Part shown: positions 6,262 to 12,807 of the stretch, piece by piece
Position numbering within the stretch: the stretch's first letter is position 1
Layout: each line of letters starts with the position of its first letter
Source: a virus
Length of the DNA stretch: 12,807 nt
Strand: one strand, 5' to 3'
Virus genome (UHGV): UHGV-1674620
The notes under the pieces: model-generated
The model's database searches: none
The model's input: only the letters and a program-made list of their open reading frames with translations
Told to the model about the DNA's origin: nothing
Position numbers and translations under genes: made by a program

Positions 6262-7406
6262 TTGCGCCCCCTTACCTCTGAAGGGTTCAGCGACAAATTT
6301 ATGAGACTGGCCAGTAGCGCCGCGTCGTTGATGCGGTCATACAGACTTACAGCCAGCGGTGATTCGGCTTTTGCCAACATGGGATAAAGCTGCTGCAGCC
6401 AGACCTGATGAATTGATGAAATGTAGGAATAGAGAACGCTGGCGTTATGTGCAACGTCGCTCAGTACAGAGGGATTTGAAAGCTGTTTCTCCATCTGGTT
6501 AAAGGCATTGATGTATGCCTCTTTGAACTGGGCAGCACGTTTACCCGTGAAACCCATAGCAAGAAACGCAAAGCCGTCGCGGGTTATTTGATAGCAAGGT
6601 AGTTTGCGGCCTGTGCAATCGGTGTAATCACTCACCGAAAAATTGCGGGAAGTGAATGATGCAGAGCATTCAAGCGTGCGGATCTTTTTCAGTACATCGT
6701 CATGACGTTTGGAGAAGAAGTTGGCAACAGCCAGGGATGAAGTAACAGCCTGACCATCAACGATGGCAATTTCAGGTTGAGTGAGGGTTGGGATCGTAGC
6801 CATGATGGCAGCCTCCGTTGACTGTGGAAAACTTCCACCACCGGAGCTGCGAAACTCACTGGTGGCAGACTGAACAGGGTTCGCAGTACCGGCGTCAACG
6901 GAGACCGGCGAGCCTTTCGGCTCCCCTGCCCAGCCCACCATAATTCTGGCGTGCGTGAGCGCGGACGATAAAAAAGACGCTGGCGCGTCATATATCGCCG
7001 TTGACAATTCCGGGCTGCGACCCCCGGCACCCGCTTTATAAGGTGCCTGAGCAGTGTAACGTCCCGGAATTGCAGAATCAATATGCTGGTGGTCCTTCAC
7101 ACTCAACAAAATCACGCCTGAATTTCCACAAAGGACTAAAGCACTCATGCGGGTAGTCTTTGCGAAGATAGATAACGCGCTGTGTTTCTGGCTCCCAACG
7201 AATAACATGAACATAAAGTCCTCTTCCGTCACGAAACCAGCGGTTAAGTTCCTGCACAACTCGCCCCCCACAGTCAGGTAAAGTTCTCTGTGGTTACTTA
7301 CAGCCAGGTGATTTGGTAATCTGCATTCATGCCGTAACAACAGGTGTTCAGCGACGCTGACCACCAGCTGTTGCGACAAACGGTTATTTGCCGTTAAACT
7401 ATTCAT
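6258..7406 (-). CDS. Rha-family phage regulatory protein; the Rha domain is the C-terminal 181 aa (internal start at 6803), preceded by about 200 in-frame codons of unknown function
   Basis: MATIPTLTQPEIAIVDGQAVTSSLAVANFFSKRHDDVLKKIRTLEC is the characteristic Rha N-terminal signature (TSL.VA..F.KRHD.VL..I). The ATG at 6803 has GGAGG 8 nt upstream. The frame stays open upstream to an ATG at 7406 that overlaps the cII-like stop (ATGA). Confidence 0.6.
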   Translation of the reverse strand: MNSLTANNRLSQQLVVSVAEHLLLRHECRLPNHLAVSNHRELYLTVGGELCRNLTAGFVTEEDFMFMLFVGSQKHSALSIFAKTTRMSALVLCGNSGVILLSVKDHQHIDSAIPGRYTAQAPYKAGAGGRSPELSTAIYDAPASFLSSALTHARIMVGWAGEPKGSPVSVDAGTANPVQSATSEFRSSGGGSFPQSTEAAIMATIPTLTQPEIAIVDGQAVTSSLAVANFFSKRHDDVLKKIRTLECSASFTSRNFSVSDYTDCTGRKLPCYQITRDGFAFLAMGFTGKRAAQFKEAYINAFNQMEKQLSNPSVLSDVAHNASVLYSYISSIHQVWLQQLYPMLAKAESPLAVSLYDRINDAALLASLINLSLNPSEVRGRK

Positions 7407-7960
7407 GCGTTAGTTTCTCCACAACCAGAAGCAATCGACGCCACGACGCCCGGAGCTGCACACTCGCGGGCGTTACTATTTTCTGGAGCGCAGAAGATTT
7501 TGTAGACCAGTGCTGCATGCTCCTGGAGCTTCGAAATTGAGAGGTACAGCTCGTCGTTAATTGCTGTCTTCTCATGCGGTTCCACTACACCGTCTTCGAT
7601 TGCTGAACGAATCTGTCTGGAATAACTGCCGATCTGTTCAATGACTTCCAGCAGACGCTGGTTAATATCGGCGTTGTCCACATCCTCGACGTCAGGAAGA
7701 GACACAAAGACGCCATTTGCAGACTGCGCCACAGCGTCAGCAATGAAGTGAGTTCCACCAGCACGTTGTAAAATCATTGCCCATCCCAGCGGGAAAATCT
7801 GATCGCCATCGGCACGAAGGCGATTGAATAAAGCGTTCTCTGTTACATCCAGCCACTCAGCAGCTTCAGCGTAACCCCCCGGCAATGCCGCGATAGTTTT
7901 TCTGACAGCTTTCACGTACCACTCAGGTTGTTTTTCCACTTTCCAATGATGCTTACCCAC
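7403..7960 (-). CDS. CII-like phage regulatory protein (CP76-type), 185 aa
   Basis: Immediately downstream of cro, overlapping it by 8 nt; GTG start with AGGAGG 6 nt upstream. Weak resemblance by memory to the phage regulatory protein CII (CP76) family, which occupies this position in E. coli prophages. Confidence 0.5.
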   Translation of the reverse strand: MGKHHWKVEKQPEWYVKAVRKTIAALPGGYAEAAEWLDVTENALFNRLRADGDQIFPLGWAMILQRAGGTHFIADAVAQSANGVFVSLPDVEDVDNADINQRLLEVIEQIGSYSRQIRSAIEDGVVEPHEKTAINDELYLSISKLQEHAALVYKIFCAPENSNARECAAPGVVASIASGCGETNA

Positions 7961-8213
7961 GGCTTACCTCCTGTTCCTGTGGTTTAAACCCATTCTGGTT
8001 TTGGCTAGATTGAAAACGTGCCGGATAAAGAATCTGCATTTCGCTGATTTCACCCTTAAAAAAATTGGCCAGACGTTCTGCAAGGTCGATAGATGGAATT
8101 TGTTCCAGTCTTTCAATACGACTCAGCGTCGCTGGATTGACCTGAACGCCCGCAGCAACATGCTGCAAAGTAAATCCGTGCGCCTTACGCACATTCCGTA
8201 ATGGTGATTGCAT
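7953..8213 (-). CDS. Cro-like HTH repressor
   Basis: 86 aa with helix-turn-helix GFTLQHVAAGVQVNPATLSRIE; divergently transcribed from the cI-like gene across a 97-bp operator region; GGAGG upstream of the ATG. Confidence 0.75.
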   Translation of the reverse strand: MQSPLRNVRKAHGFTLQHVAAGVQVNPATLSRIERLEQIPSIDLAERLANFFKGEISEMQILYPARFQSSQNQNGFKPQEQEVSRG

Positions 8214-8310
8214 ATAACCTCCACATATTGCGTGATGAGCATATTATTTCACGCAAATATTTTGCGCAAGTTGATTTGCTTAACGCGCAATAAAGAAATG
8301 TAATAAACGC
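8214..8310. promoter_or_regulatory. Immunity operator/promoter region (OR-like) with divergent PR and PRM candidates
   Basis: Minus-strand PR candidate: -35 TTGCGC (plus 8264..8269), 17-bp spacer, -10 TAATAT (plus 8241..8246), then a leader with GGAGG. Plus-strand PRM candidate: -35 TTGCTT (8276..8281), 17-bp spacer, -10 TGTAAT (8299..8304), which would start transcription at or near the cI ATG (no Shine-Dalgarno upstream of cI). Dyad elements: TTGCTTAACGCGCAA (8276..8290), palindrome TTGCGCAA (8262..8269), TTGCGTGATGAGCAT (8228..8242). Confidence 0.55.
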
Positions 8311-9003
8311 ATGAACATAGGAAATCGAGTCAGACAACTTCGCCAGGCGAAGAACATGAAAATCGCCGATCTCGCTGAAGCAATAGGAGTGGATGCGGCG
8401 AATATCTCGCGCCTCGAAACAGGTAAGCAGAAACAATTCACTGAACAAGCCCTGAGTAATATTGCCAGGAGCTTAGGTGTTGATATTGCTGATCTCTTTA
8501 CCTCAGACCTCAAAAGTAATACTGTATGTAAAAACAGTATTAGTGAGGATGTTGCGCAGGTGAAGGATGTATTCCGTATTGAAATGCTGGATGTCAGTGC
8601 CAGTGCGGGAAATGGCCTTATCCAGGGCGGTGATGTCATTGATGTGATTCATGCCATTGAATACAGAACTGATAATGCTGTATCGATGTTTGGTGGACGA
8701 CCAGCAAATCACATTAAAGTTATCAACGTTCGTGGGGACAGTATGTGTCCAACCATTGAGCCAGGAGATCTCATCTTCGTTGATATCAGTATCAATCAGT
8801 TTGATGGGGATGGTATATATGTATTTGGTTTTGATGATAAAATTTACGTCAAACGACTGCAAATGATACCTGATAAACTGCTGGTAATTTCTGATAATCA
8901 GATTTACCGCGAATGGGGAATTACCAGCGAAAACGAACATCGGTTTATGGTCTTTGGAAAGGTCTTAATCAGTCAGTCACAAACCCTTAAGCGACACAAT
9001 TAA
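8311..9003 (+). CDS. CI-like prophage repressor (N-terminal XRE-type HTH, C-terminal S24 LexA-like autopeptidase domain)
   Basis: 230 aa; HTH MKIADLAEAIGVDAANISRLETGKQ; S24 motifs VRGDSMCPTIEPGDLIFVD (Ser) and IYVKRLQ (Lys), with a candidate Ala-Gly cleavage site in DVSASAGNG; divergent from cro. Confidence 0.9.
   Translation: MNIGNRVRQLRQAKNMKIADLAEAIGVDAANISRLETGKQKQFTEQALSNIARSLGVDIADLFTSDLKSNTVCKNSISEDVAQVKDVFRIEMLDVSASAGNGLIQGGDVIDVIHAIEYRTDNAVSMFGGRPANHIKVINVRGDSMCPTIEPGDLIFVDISINQFDGDGIYVFGFDDKIYVKRLQMIPDKLLVISDNQIYREWGITSENEHRFMVFGKVLISQSQTLKRHN
8520..8539. promoter_or_regulatory. Candidate LexA (SOS) box inside the cI coding sequence (linker between HTH and S24 domains)
   Basis: TACTGTATGTAAAAACAGTA: 20-mer with perfect TACTGT-N8-ACAGTA architecture (12 fixed positions matching the consensus TACTGT(AT)4ACAGTA); encodes NTVCKNS of CI. 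Confidence 0.45.
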
Positions 9004-9024
9004 CCCCCTACCTCAACATCAATT

Positions 9025-9046
9025 AGCCACCAGAAGGTGGCTTTTC
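9025..9046 (+). terminator. Putative terminator after cI
   Basis: AGCCACC-AGAA-GGTGGCT hairpin (7-bp stem) followed by TTTT, beginning 22 nt after the cI stop. Confidence 0.4.
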
Positions 9047-9059
9047 ATTACCCACCAAA

Positions 9060-9098
9060 TTGCATATCTCGCAATAAAAACACTTGCATAATGCGCAA
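9060..9098 (+). promoter_or_regulatory. OL-like operator pair, possible PL region
   Basis: Two 15-bp dyads with the same architecture as the OR element: TTGCATATCTCGCAA (9060..9074) and TTGCATAATGCGCAA (9084..9098), centres 24 bp apart. -10-like CATAAT at 9087..9092; no clean -35 at 17-bp spacing. Confidence 0.4.
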
Positions 9099-9542
9099 CT
9101 TCATTTTATCTTTCTTTCCAGACCTACAAACAAGGTACTAACAAAATTTGGTTGTAACACGGCGTATGGCACATGCGTCGTTAGCGGTCTGGGGACGTTA
9201 AAGGGGACAATCCACTCCTTGCTCGGGCAAACAAACCAGGTAGCCGGAATGTGCAAGTCAATGAGGATGCTGATAAGACGCCTAACCAGCGTGGCGATTC
9301 GGTTTGACGCCTGGGAAGAGACCAGGACGCAACGATGAGAGCATTTATGGAGCCGCGACAAAGTGTGGTGCCGTAACTGGCTAAGTGCTCTCAGCGTTGT
9401 GGTGAATGCGCAGGCTGATGCGCGAAAGACATTGCAGCTATTGCGGAAAAGAGCTGTTCGGCGGGGCAATTAAACGCCCGTGAGAGTCTGAAATAACCGC
9501 AAGCCGGAGATCAGCACCGGTCACCACAACAGCCACTGCTTT

Positions 9543-9589
9543 GGCGGTACCAGTTTGTACACTTGCTTCCGGCTGGTACCGCTCTTTTT
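9543..9589 (+). terminator. Putative intrinsic terminator at the end of the noncoding leader
   Basis: Arms GCGGTACCAG (9544..9553) and CTGGTACCGC (9573..9582), 10 bp perfect, followed by TCTTTTT (9583..9589). The 19-nt loop is long for a canonical terminator. Confidence 0.45.
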
Positions 9590-9590
9590 A

Positions 9591-9677
9591 CAAAACAGAG
9601 AAGAGCATCACCGGACGACGGGCTCATAACCCAATCCATCCGGGCGGCTGCCACCGCAGGTGTTCTTCTCTGTTTTG
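9591..9677. repeat. Perfect 14-bp inverted repeat (extendable to 17 bp with one G-U) flanking a 59-bp GC-rich spacer, upstream of the early-left operon
   Basis: CAAAACAGAGAAGA (9591..9604) and its exact reverse complement TCTTCTCTGTTTTG (9664..9677). Confidence 0.6.
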
Positions 9678-9726
9678 TGGAGAAACCAACCGACCTTGCA
9701 GGGTCGATATGATGAGGAGCAGCAAA

Positions 9727-10089
9727 ATGGCTAGCGTACGCAGTACTGATGTGCAGGTATTTATCGTAGAACTGGACGGCGGCGTATTTGAAACCAAACT
9801 CGGCGCAGTTCTCAGTGAAGTCGCTTCCGGTGTGATGAACACGAAAAACAAAGGTAAAGTCTCGGTCAATCTGGACATCGAACCGTTTGATGAGAACCGT
9901 GTGAAAATCAAACACAAACTCTCATATGTTCGCCCGACTAACCGCGGGAAAATTTCCGAAGAAGACACCACCGAAACGCCGATGTATGTCAATCGCGGTG
10001 GTCGCCTGACTATTCTGCAGGAAGACCAGGGACAATTACTGACTCTTGCCGGTGAACCTGACGGAAAACTCCGCGCAGCAGGTCATTAA
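9727..10089 (+). CDS. Hypothetical phage protein, 120 aa, first gene of the early-left operon (possibly YfdP-like)
   Basis: ATG at 9727 has GAGGAG about 9 nt upstream; the track ORF start at 9541 would run through the terminator hairpin and is rejected. The YfdP resemblance is from memory of the CPS-53 gene order and size only. Confidence 0.55.
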   Translation: MASVRSTDVQVFIVELDGGVFETKLGAVLSEVASGVMNTKNKGKVSVNLDIEPFDENRVKIKHKLSYVRPTNRGKISEEDTTETPMYVNRGGRLTILQEDQGQLLTLAGEPDGKLRAAGH

Positions 10090-10154
10090 TATCGTTCTTA
10101 ATTAACTGATTATTTATCTCATCACTGAATATCTTAATATAGTGAGGACTTATT

Positions 10155-10979
10155 ATGTCTCAGAACTTAGACGCAACCGCAATTAATCAAATCCATGCCC
10201 TTATTTCTGCTCAGGGTGTTAATGAAATTATCAGTAAGATTGGTGCCGATGCTGTGGCATTGCCTGAGAATTTCCGCATTCATGATCTGGAAAAATTTAA
10301 TTTAAATCGCTTCCGTTTCCGTGGTGCGCTTTCCACTGCCAGCATCGATGACTTTACCCGTTATTCTAAAGATCTTGCAGATGAAGGCACCCGCTGCTTT
10401 ATCGATGCCGATAATATGCGTGCCGTCAGTGTGCTTAACCTGGGTACTATTGGTGAACCAGGTCACGCAGATAACACCGCCACACTCAAACTGAAAAAGA
10501 CAGCACCGTTCTCTGCTCTGTTGTCTGTTAACGGCGAGCGTAACTCCCAGAAGTCACTGGCAGAATGGATTGAAGACTGGGCCGACTATCTTGTGGGCTT
10601 TGATGCTAATGGTGACGCTATTAAGGCAACAAAAGCGGCTGCGGCAGTCCGTAAAATCACGATTGAAGCAAACCAGACCGCTGATTTTGAAGATAATGAC
10701 TTCAGCGGCAAACGCTCTTTGATGGAGTCTGTCGAAGCGAAGACCAAAGACATTATGCCAGTGGTATTTGAATTTAAATGCGTTCCGTTTGAAGGCCTGA
10801 AAGAACGTCCGTTTAAATTACGCCTCAGCATTATCACTGGCGATCGTCCTGTACTGGTTCTGCGCATTATTCAGCTGGAAGCAGTGCAGGAAGAAATGGC
10901 TAACGAATTTCGTGATCTGCTTGTTGAGAAATTTAAAGACAGCAAAGTAGAAACCTTTATTGGTACTTTCACCGCCTGA
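10155..10979 (+). CDS. Hypothetical phage protein, 274 aa (YfdQ-like by size and context)
   Basis: Track ORF with GAGGA 6 nt upstream of the ATG; no recognisable catalytic motif (no Walker A, HNH or HD). Assignment rests on memory of the E. coli CPS-53 yfdP-yfdQ-yfdR-yfdS order and protein lengths. Confidence 0.65.
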   Translation: MSQNLDATAINQIHALISAQGVNEIISKIGADAVALPENFRIHDLEKFNLNRFRFRGALSTASIDDFTRYSKDLADEGTRCFIDADNMRAVSVLNLGTIGEPGHADNTATLKLKKTAPFSALLSVNGERNSQKSLAEWIEDWADYLVGFDANGDAIKATKAAAAVRKITIEANQTADFEDNDFSGKRSLMESVEAKTKDIMPVVFEFKCVPFEGLKERPFKLRLSIITGDRPVLVLRIIQLEAVQEEMANEFRDLLVEKFKDSKVETFIGTFTA

Positions 10980-10991
10980 TTTCATTACTGC

Positions 10992-11016
10992 AAATGCCCC
11001 TGCGGGGGCATTTATG
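10992..11016 (+). terminator. Hairpin, possible attenuator or terminator between the 274-aa gene and the HD-domain gene
   Basis: AAATGCCCC-TGCG-GGGGCATTT: perfect 9-bp stem with a 4-nt loop, followed by AT; no strong T-tract. Confidence 0.35.
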
Positions 11017-11107
11017 GAAACATAATTGACTCAATAATCGCCTGATGGCGAGGGTTTTCTTTAACCAAAATTCAGCGCGGTGCAGCGCATATAAAGTGGA
11101 GAACAAA

Positions 11108-11644
11108 ATGTCATTTATTAAAACTTTTTCCGGGAAGCATTTTTATTATGACAGGATAAATAAAGACGACATCGTGATTAACGATATCGCGGTTTCCCTT
11201 TCAAATATCTGTCGCTTTGCAGGACATCTTTCACACTTCTACAGCGTCGCCCAACATGCGGTGCTTTGCAGCCAGCTGGTACCGCAGGAATTTGCTTTTG
11301 AAGCGTTAATGCATGATGCAACAGAAGCGTATTGCCAGGACATCCCAGCTCCACTGAAACGCCTTCTTCCTGACTATAAACGGATGGAAGAAAAAATAGA
11401 CGCCGTAATCCGTGAGAAATACGGGTTACCTCCTGTTATGAGCACGCCTGTGAAATATGCCGATCTCATTATGCTGGCAACCGAACGTCGCGATCTCGGG
11501 CTTGATGATGGCTCTTTCTGGCCTGTACTGGAAGGTATCCCGGCGACAGAGATGTTCAAAGTTATTCCACTGTCACCAGGCCATGCCTACGGGATGTTTA
11601 TGGAACGTTTTAACGAGTTATCGGAGTTACGCAAATGCGCATGA
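11108..11644 (+). CDS. HD-domain phosphohydrolase (YfdR-like 5'-deoxynucleotidase family), 178 aa
   Basis: His and His-Asp motifs (SVAQHAV ... ALMHDATEAY) typical of HD-domain hydrolases. ATG at 11108 has GGAG 6 nt upstream; the track start at 11045 lacks a Shine-Dalgarno. Confidence 0.7.
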   Translation: MSFIKTFSGKHFYYDRINKDDIVINDIAVSLSNICRFAGHLSHFYSVAQHAVLCSQLVPQEFAFEALMHDATEAYCQDIPAPLKRLLPDYKRMEEKIDAVIREKYGLPPVMSTPVKYADLIMLATERRDLGLDDGSFWPVLEGIPATEMFKVIPLSPGHAYGMFMERFNELSELRKCA

Positions 11645-11997
11645 ATGTTTTCGAAATGGAAGGGTTTCTTCGCGGGAAATGTGTACCACGAGATCTGAAA
11701 GTGAATGAAACAAATGCTGAGTACCTGGTACGTAAATTCGATGCGCTTGAAGCTAAATGTGCGGCACTGGAAAACAAAATAATACCAGTGTCAGCTGAAC
11801 TGCCGCCAGCAAATGAAAGTGTTCTGTTATTTGATGCTAACGGAGAAGGCTGGCTAATTGGCTGGCGTTCTCTCTGGTACACCTGGGGACAAAAAGAAAC
11901 CGGAGAATGGCAGTGGACATTTCAGGTCGGGGACCTTGAAAACGTCAATATCACTCACTGGGCAGTAATGCCGAAAGCACCGAAGAATAAAAAATGA
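11635..11997 (+). CDS. Hypothetical phage protein, 120 aa, Trp-rich C-terminus (YfdS-like or DUF551-like)
   Basis: Start overlaps the HD-gene stop; C-terminal GWLIGWRSLWYTWGQKETGEWQW pattern of conserved tryptophans. Confidence 0.55.
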   Translation: MRMNVFEMEGFLRGKCVPRDLKVNETNAEYLVRKFDALEAKCAALENKIIPVSAELPPANESVLLFDANGEGWLIGWRSLWYTWGQKETGEWQWTFQVGDLENVNITHWAVMPKAPKNKK

Positions 11998-12197
11998 GCG
12001 TGATAAAAACTCATACAGGAATTGTTATCACCCGAGACGGTCCGCAGGTAAAAAAACTGCACCAGACAAAGCGGATGTGGGTCGTCGGAAAAAACGAGTT
12101 TTACCACAAAGAAACCGGACGCCGCCACTTTGCAGAAAATACTCGCCGCCGACTGCTGATCGATACCATCAAGCCTATCGAGGTGAAGCATGTTTAA
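11994..12197 (+). CDS. Hypothetical small basic protein, 67 aa
   Basis: ATG overlaps the upstream stop as ATGA; part of the coupled operon. Confidence 0.4.
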   Translation: MSVIKTHTGIVITRDGPQVKKLHQTKRMWVVGKNEFYHKETGRRHFAENTRRRLLIDTIKPIEVKHV

Positions 12198-12429
12198 ACA
12201 GAACGAAAAATCTATCGCTCAAATTGCTGAGTATATCCCGCGTGCGTGCCGGGATATGCAGTTGCAGGAAGCCAAAGCACGCCTGGAGAAAAAAATTGCG
12301 CTCTATATCGATGACGGCTGTGATGCCGCCGTTCTTAACGCGGCGTTCGCGCCAGCTCTTAACAGTCATACGCGAAAGTCTTTTTTTTCGTGCATCGCAG
12401 CGCAGATCCGTAAAGGAGGCAACCAGTGA
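12190..12429 (+). CDS. Hypothetical small protein, 79 aa
   Basis: ATG at 12190 preceded by GAGGTGA; overlaps the upstream stop by 8 nt. Confidence 0.4.
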   Translation: MFKQNEKSIAQIAEYIPRACRDMQLQEAKARLEKKIALYIDDGCDAAVLNAAFAPALNSHTRKSFFSCIAAQIRKGGNQ

Positions 12430-12807
12430 GCAACATTAACTATCAGGTACTGCGTGAAAAGGCAGAGAAAGCAACTAAAGGAAGCTACATCGTAGGGCAT
12501 ACATCTGTTAACCAGCACGGCAATTTAACAGGAGTTTTTGTTTGTCAAAAATGGAAAGGAGAACCCGGTGGCGTGATTGCCGAATGTCATGTTAACTGCC
12601 TGATTGAATCAGATGCTCAGGCTTATGCAAACGCTGAATTTATAGCAGATGCTAACCCAGCTACCGTACTGGCGCTACTGGATGAACGGGAAAGAAACCA
12701 GCAATACATCAAACGCCGCGACCAGGAGAACGAGGATATTGCGCTTACGGTTGGGAAGCTGAGAGTTGAGCTTGAGGAAGTAAAACAACACGCTGAAGAA
12801 TTATCCG
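12426..12807 (+). CDS. Ead/Ea22-like early protein, 5' partial (continues beyond window end)
   Basis: GTG start overlapping the upstream TGA (GTGA), GGAGG 6 nt upstream. Hand translation VSNINYQVLREKAEKATKGSYIVGHTSV... resembles the N-termini of Ead/Ea22-family proteins (from memory). Confidence 0.45.
   Translation, partial: MSNINYQVLREKAEKATKGSYIVGHTSVNQHGNLTGVFVCQKWKGEPGGVIAECHVNCLIESDAQAYANAEFIADANPATVLALLDERERNQQYIKRRDQENEDIALTVGKLRVELEEVKQHAEELS

Larger units (their letters stand above)
1..12807. mobile_element. Segment of a lambdoid prophage (late regulator Q, nin-like region, replication module, cro/cI immunity core, early-left operon); both ends run beyond the window
   Basis: Gene content and order: divergent cI/cro pair with operator-rich spacer, cII-like, O-like, RusA and Q-like genes on one strand, early-left accessory genes on the other; dense gene packing with many 4-nt start/stop overlaps. 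Confidence 0.85.

Noticed and set aside
6689-7081. 130-aa ORF in an alternate minus-strand frame
   Set aside because: Arg/Pro/Leu/Ser-rich out-of-frame translation overlapping the Rha ORF.
8280-8940. Minus-strand ORFs 8280..8639 and 8503..8940 and plus-strand ORF 8651..8866
   Set aside because: Lie inside the cI coding sequence in other frames or on the other strand; cI has clear HTH and S24 motifs, and these translations are low-complexity.
9084-9469. ORFs 9084..9338 (+) and 9101..9469 (-) as possible N-like or rex-like genes
   Set aside because: TTG start inside the operator repeats, no Shine-Dalgarno, no Arg-rich motif, mutually overlapping; the region is more plausibly noncoding.
9511-9992. 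Minus-strand ORFs 9511..9915 and 9624..9992
   Set aside because: Antisense to the 120-aa early-left gene and running through the terminator and inverted-repeat structures; no ribosome-binding site.

Overview
This window is a contiguous segment of a lambdoid (lambda/P22-like) enterobacterial prophage, probably from Escherichia coli or a close relative, covering the immunity core and both flanking early operons. Minus strand, high to low coordinate: cro-like, cII-like, a Rha-domain ORF, two small ORFs, an O-like replication initiator with internal iteron-like repeats, a 30-codon mini-ORF, a Dam-family adenine methyltransferase, RusA, a KilA-N protein with a LexA box upstream, a DUF968-type protein, a Q-like antiterminator, an AT-rich accessory (moron) gene with its own terminator, and a small ORF. 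Plus strand: a cI-like repressor (HTH plus S24 peptidase), a terminator, operator-like repeats, about 640 bp with no convincing ORF (no N homologue) that ends in a terminator and a perfect 14-bp inverted repeat, then a tightly coupled early-left operon (120-aa protein, 274-aa protein, HD-domain hydrolase, 120-aa protein, two small ORFs, partial Ead/Ea22-like gene). No rRNA, tRNA, CRISPR array, integrase or att site was seen. The best candidate for something undescribed is the AT-rich gene at 564..1181, followed by the two LexA boxes and the noncoding region downstream of cI. All family assignments come from reading motifs by eye and from memory of related proteins; no search was run.
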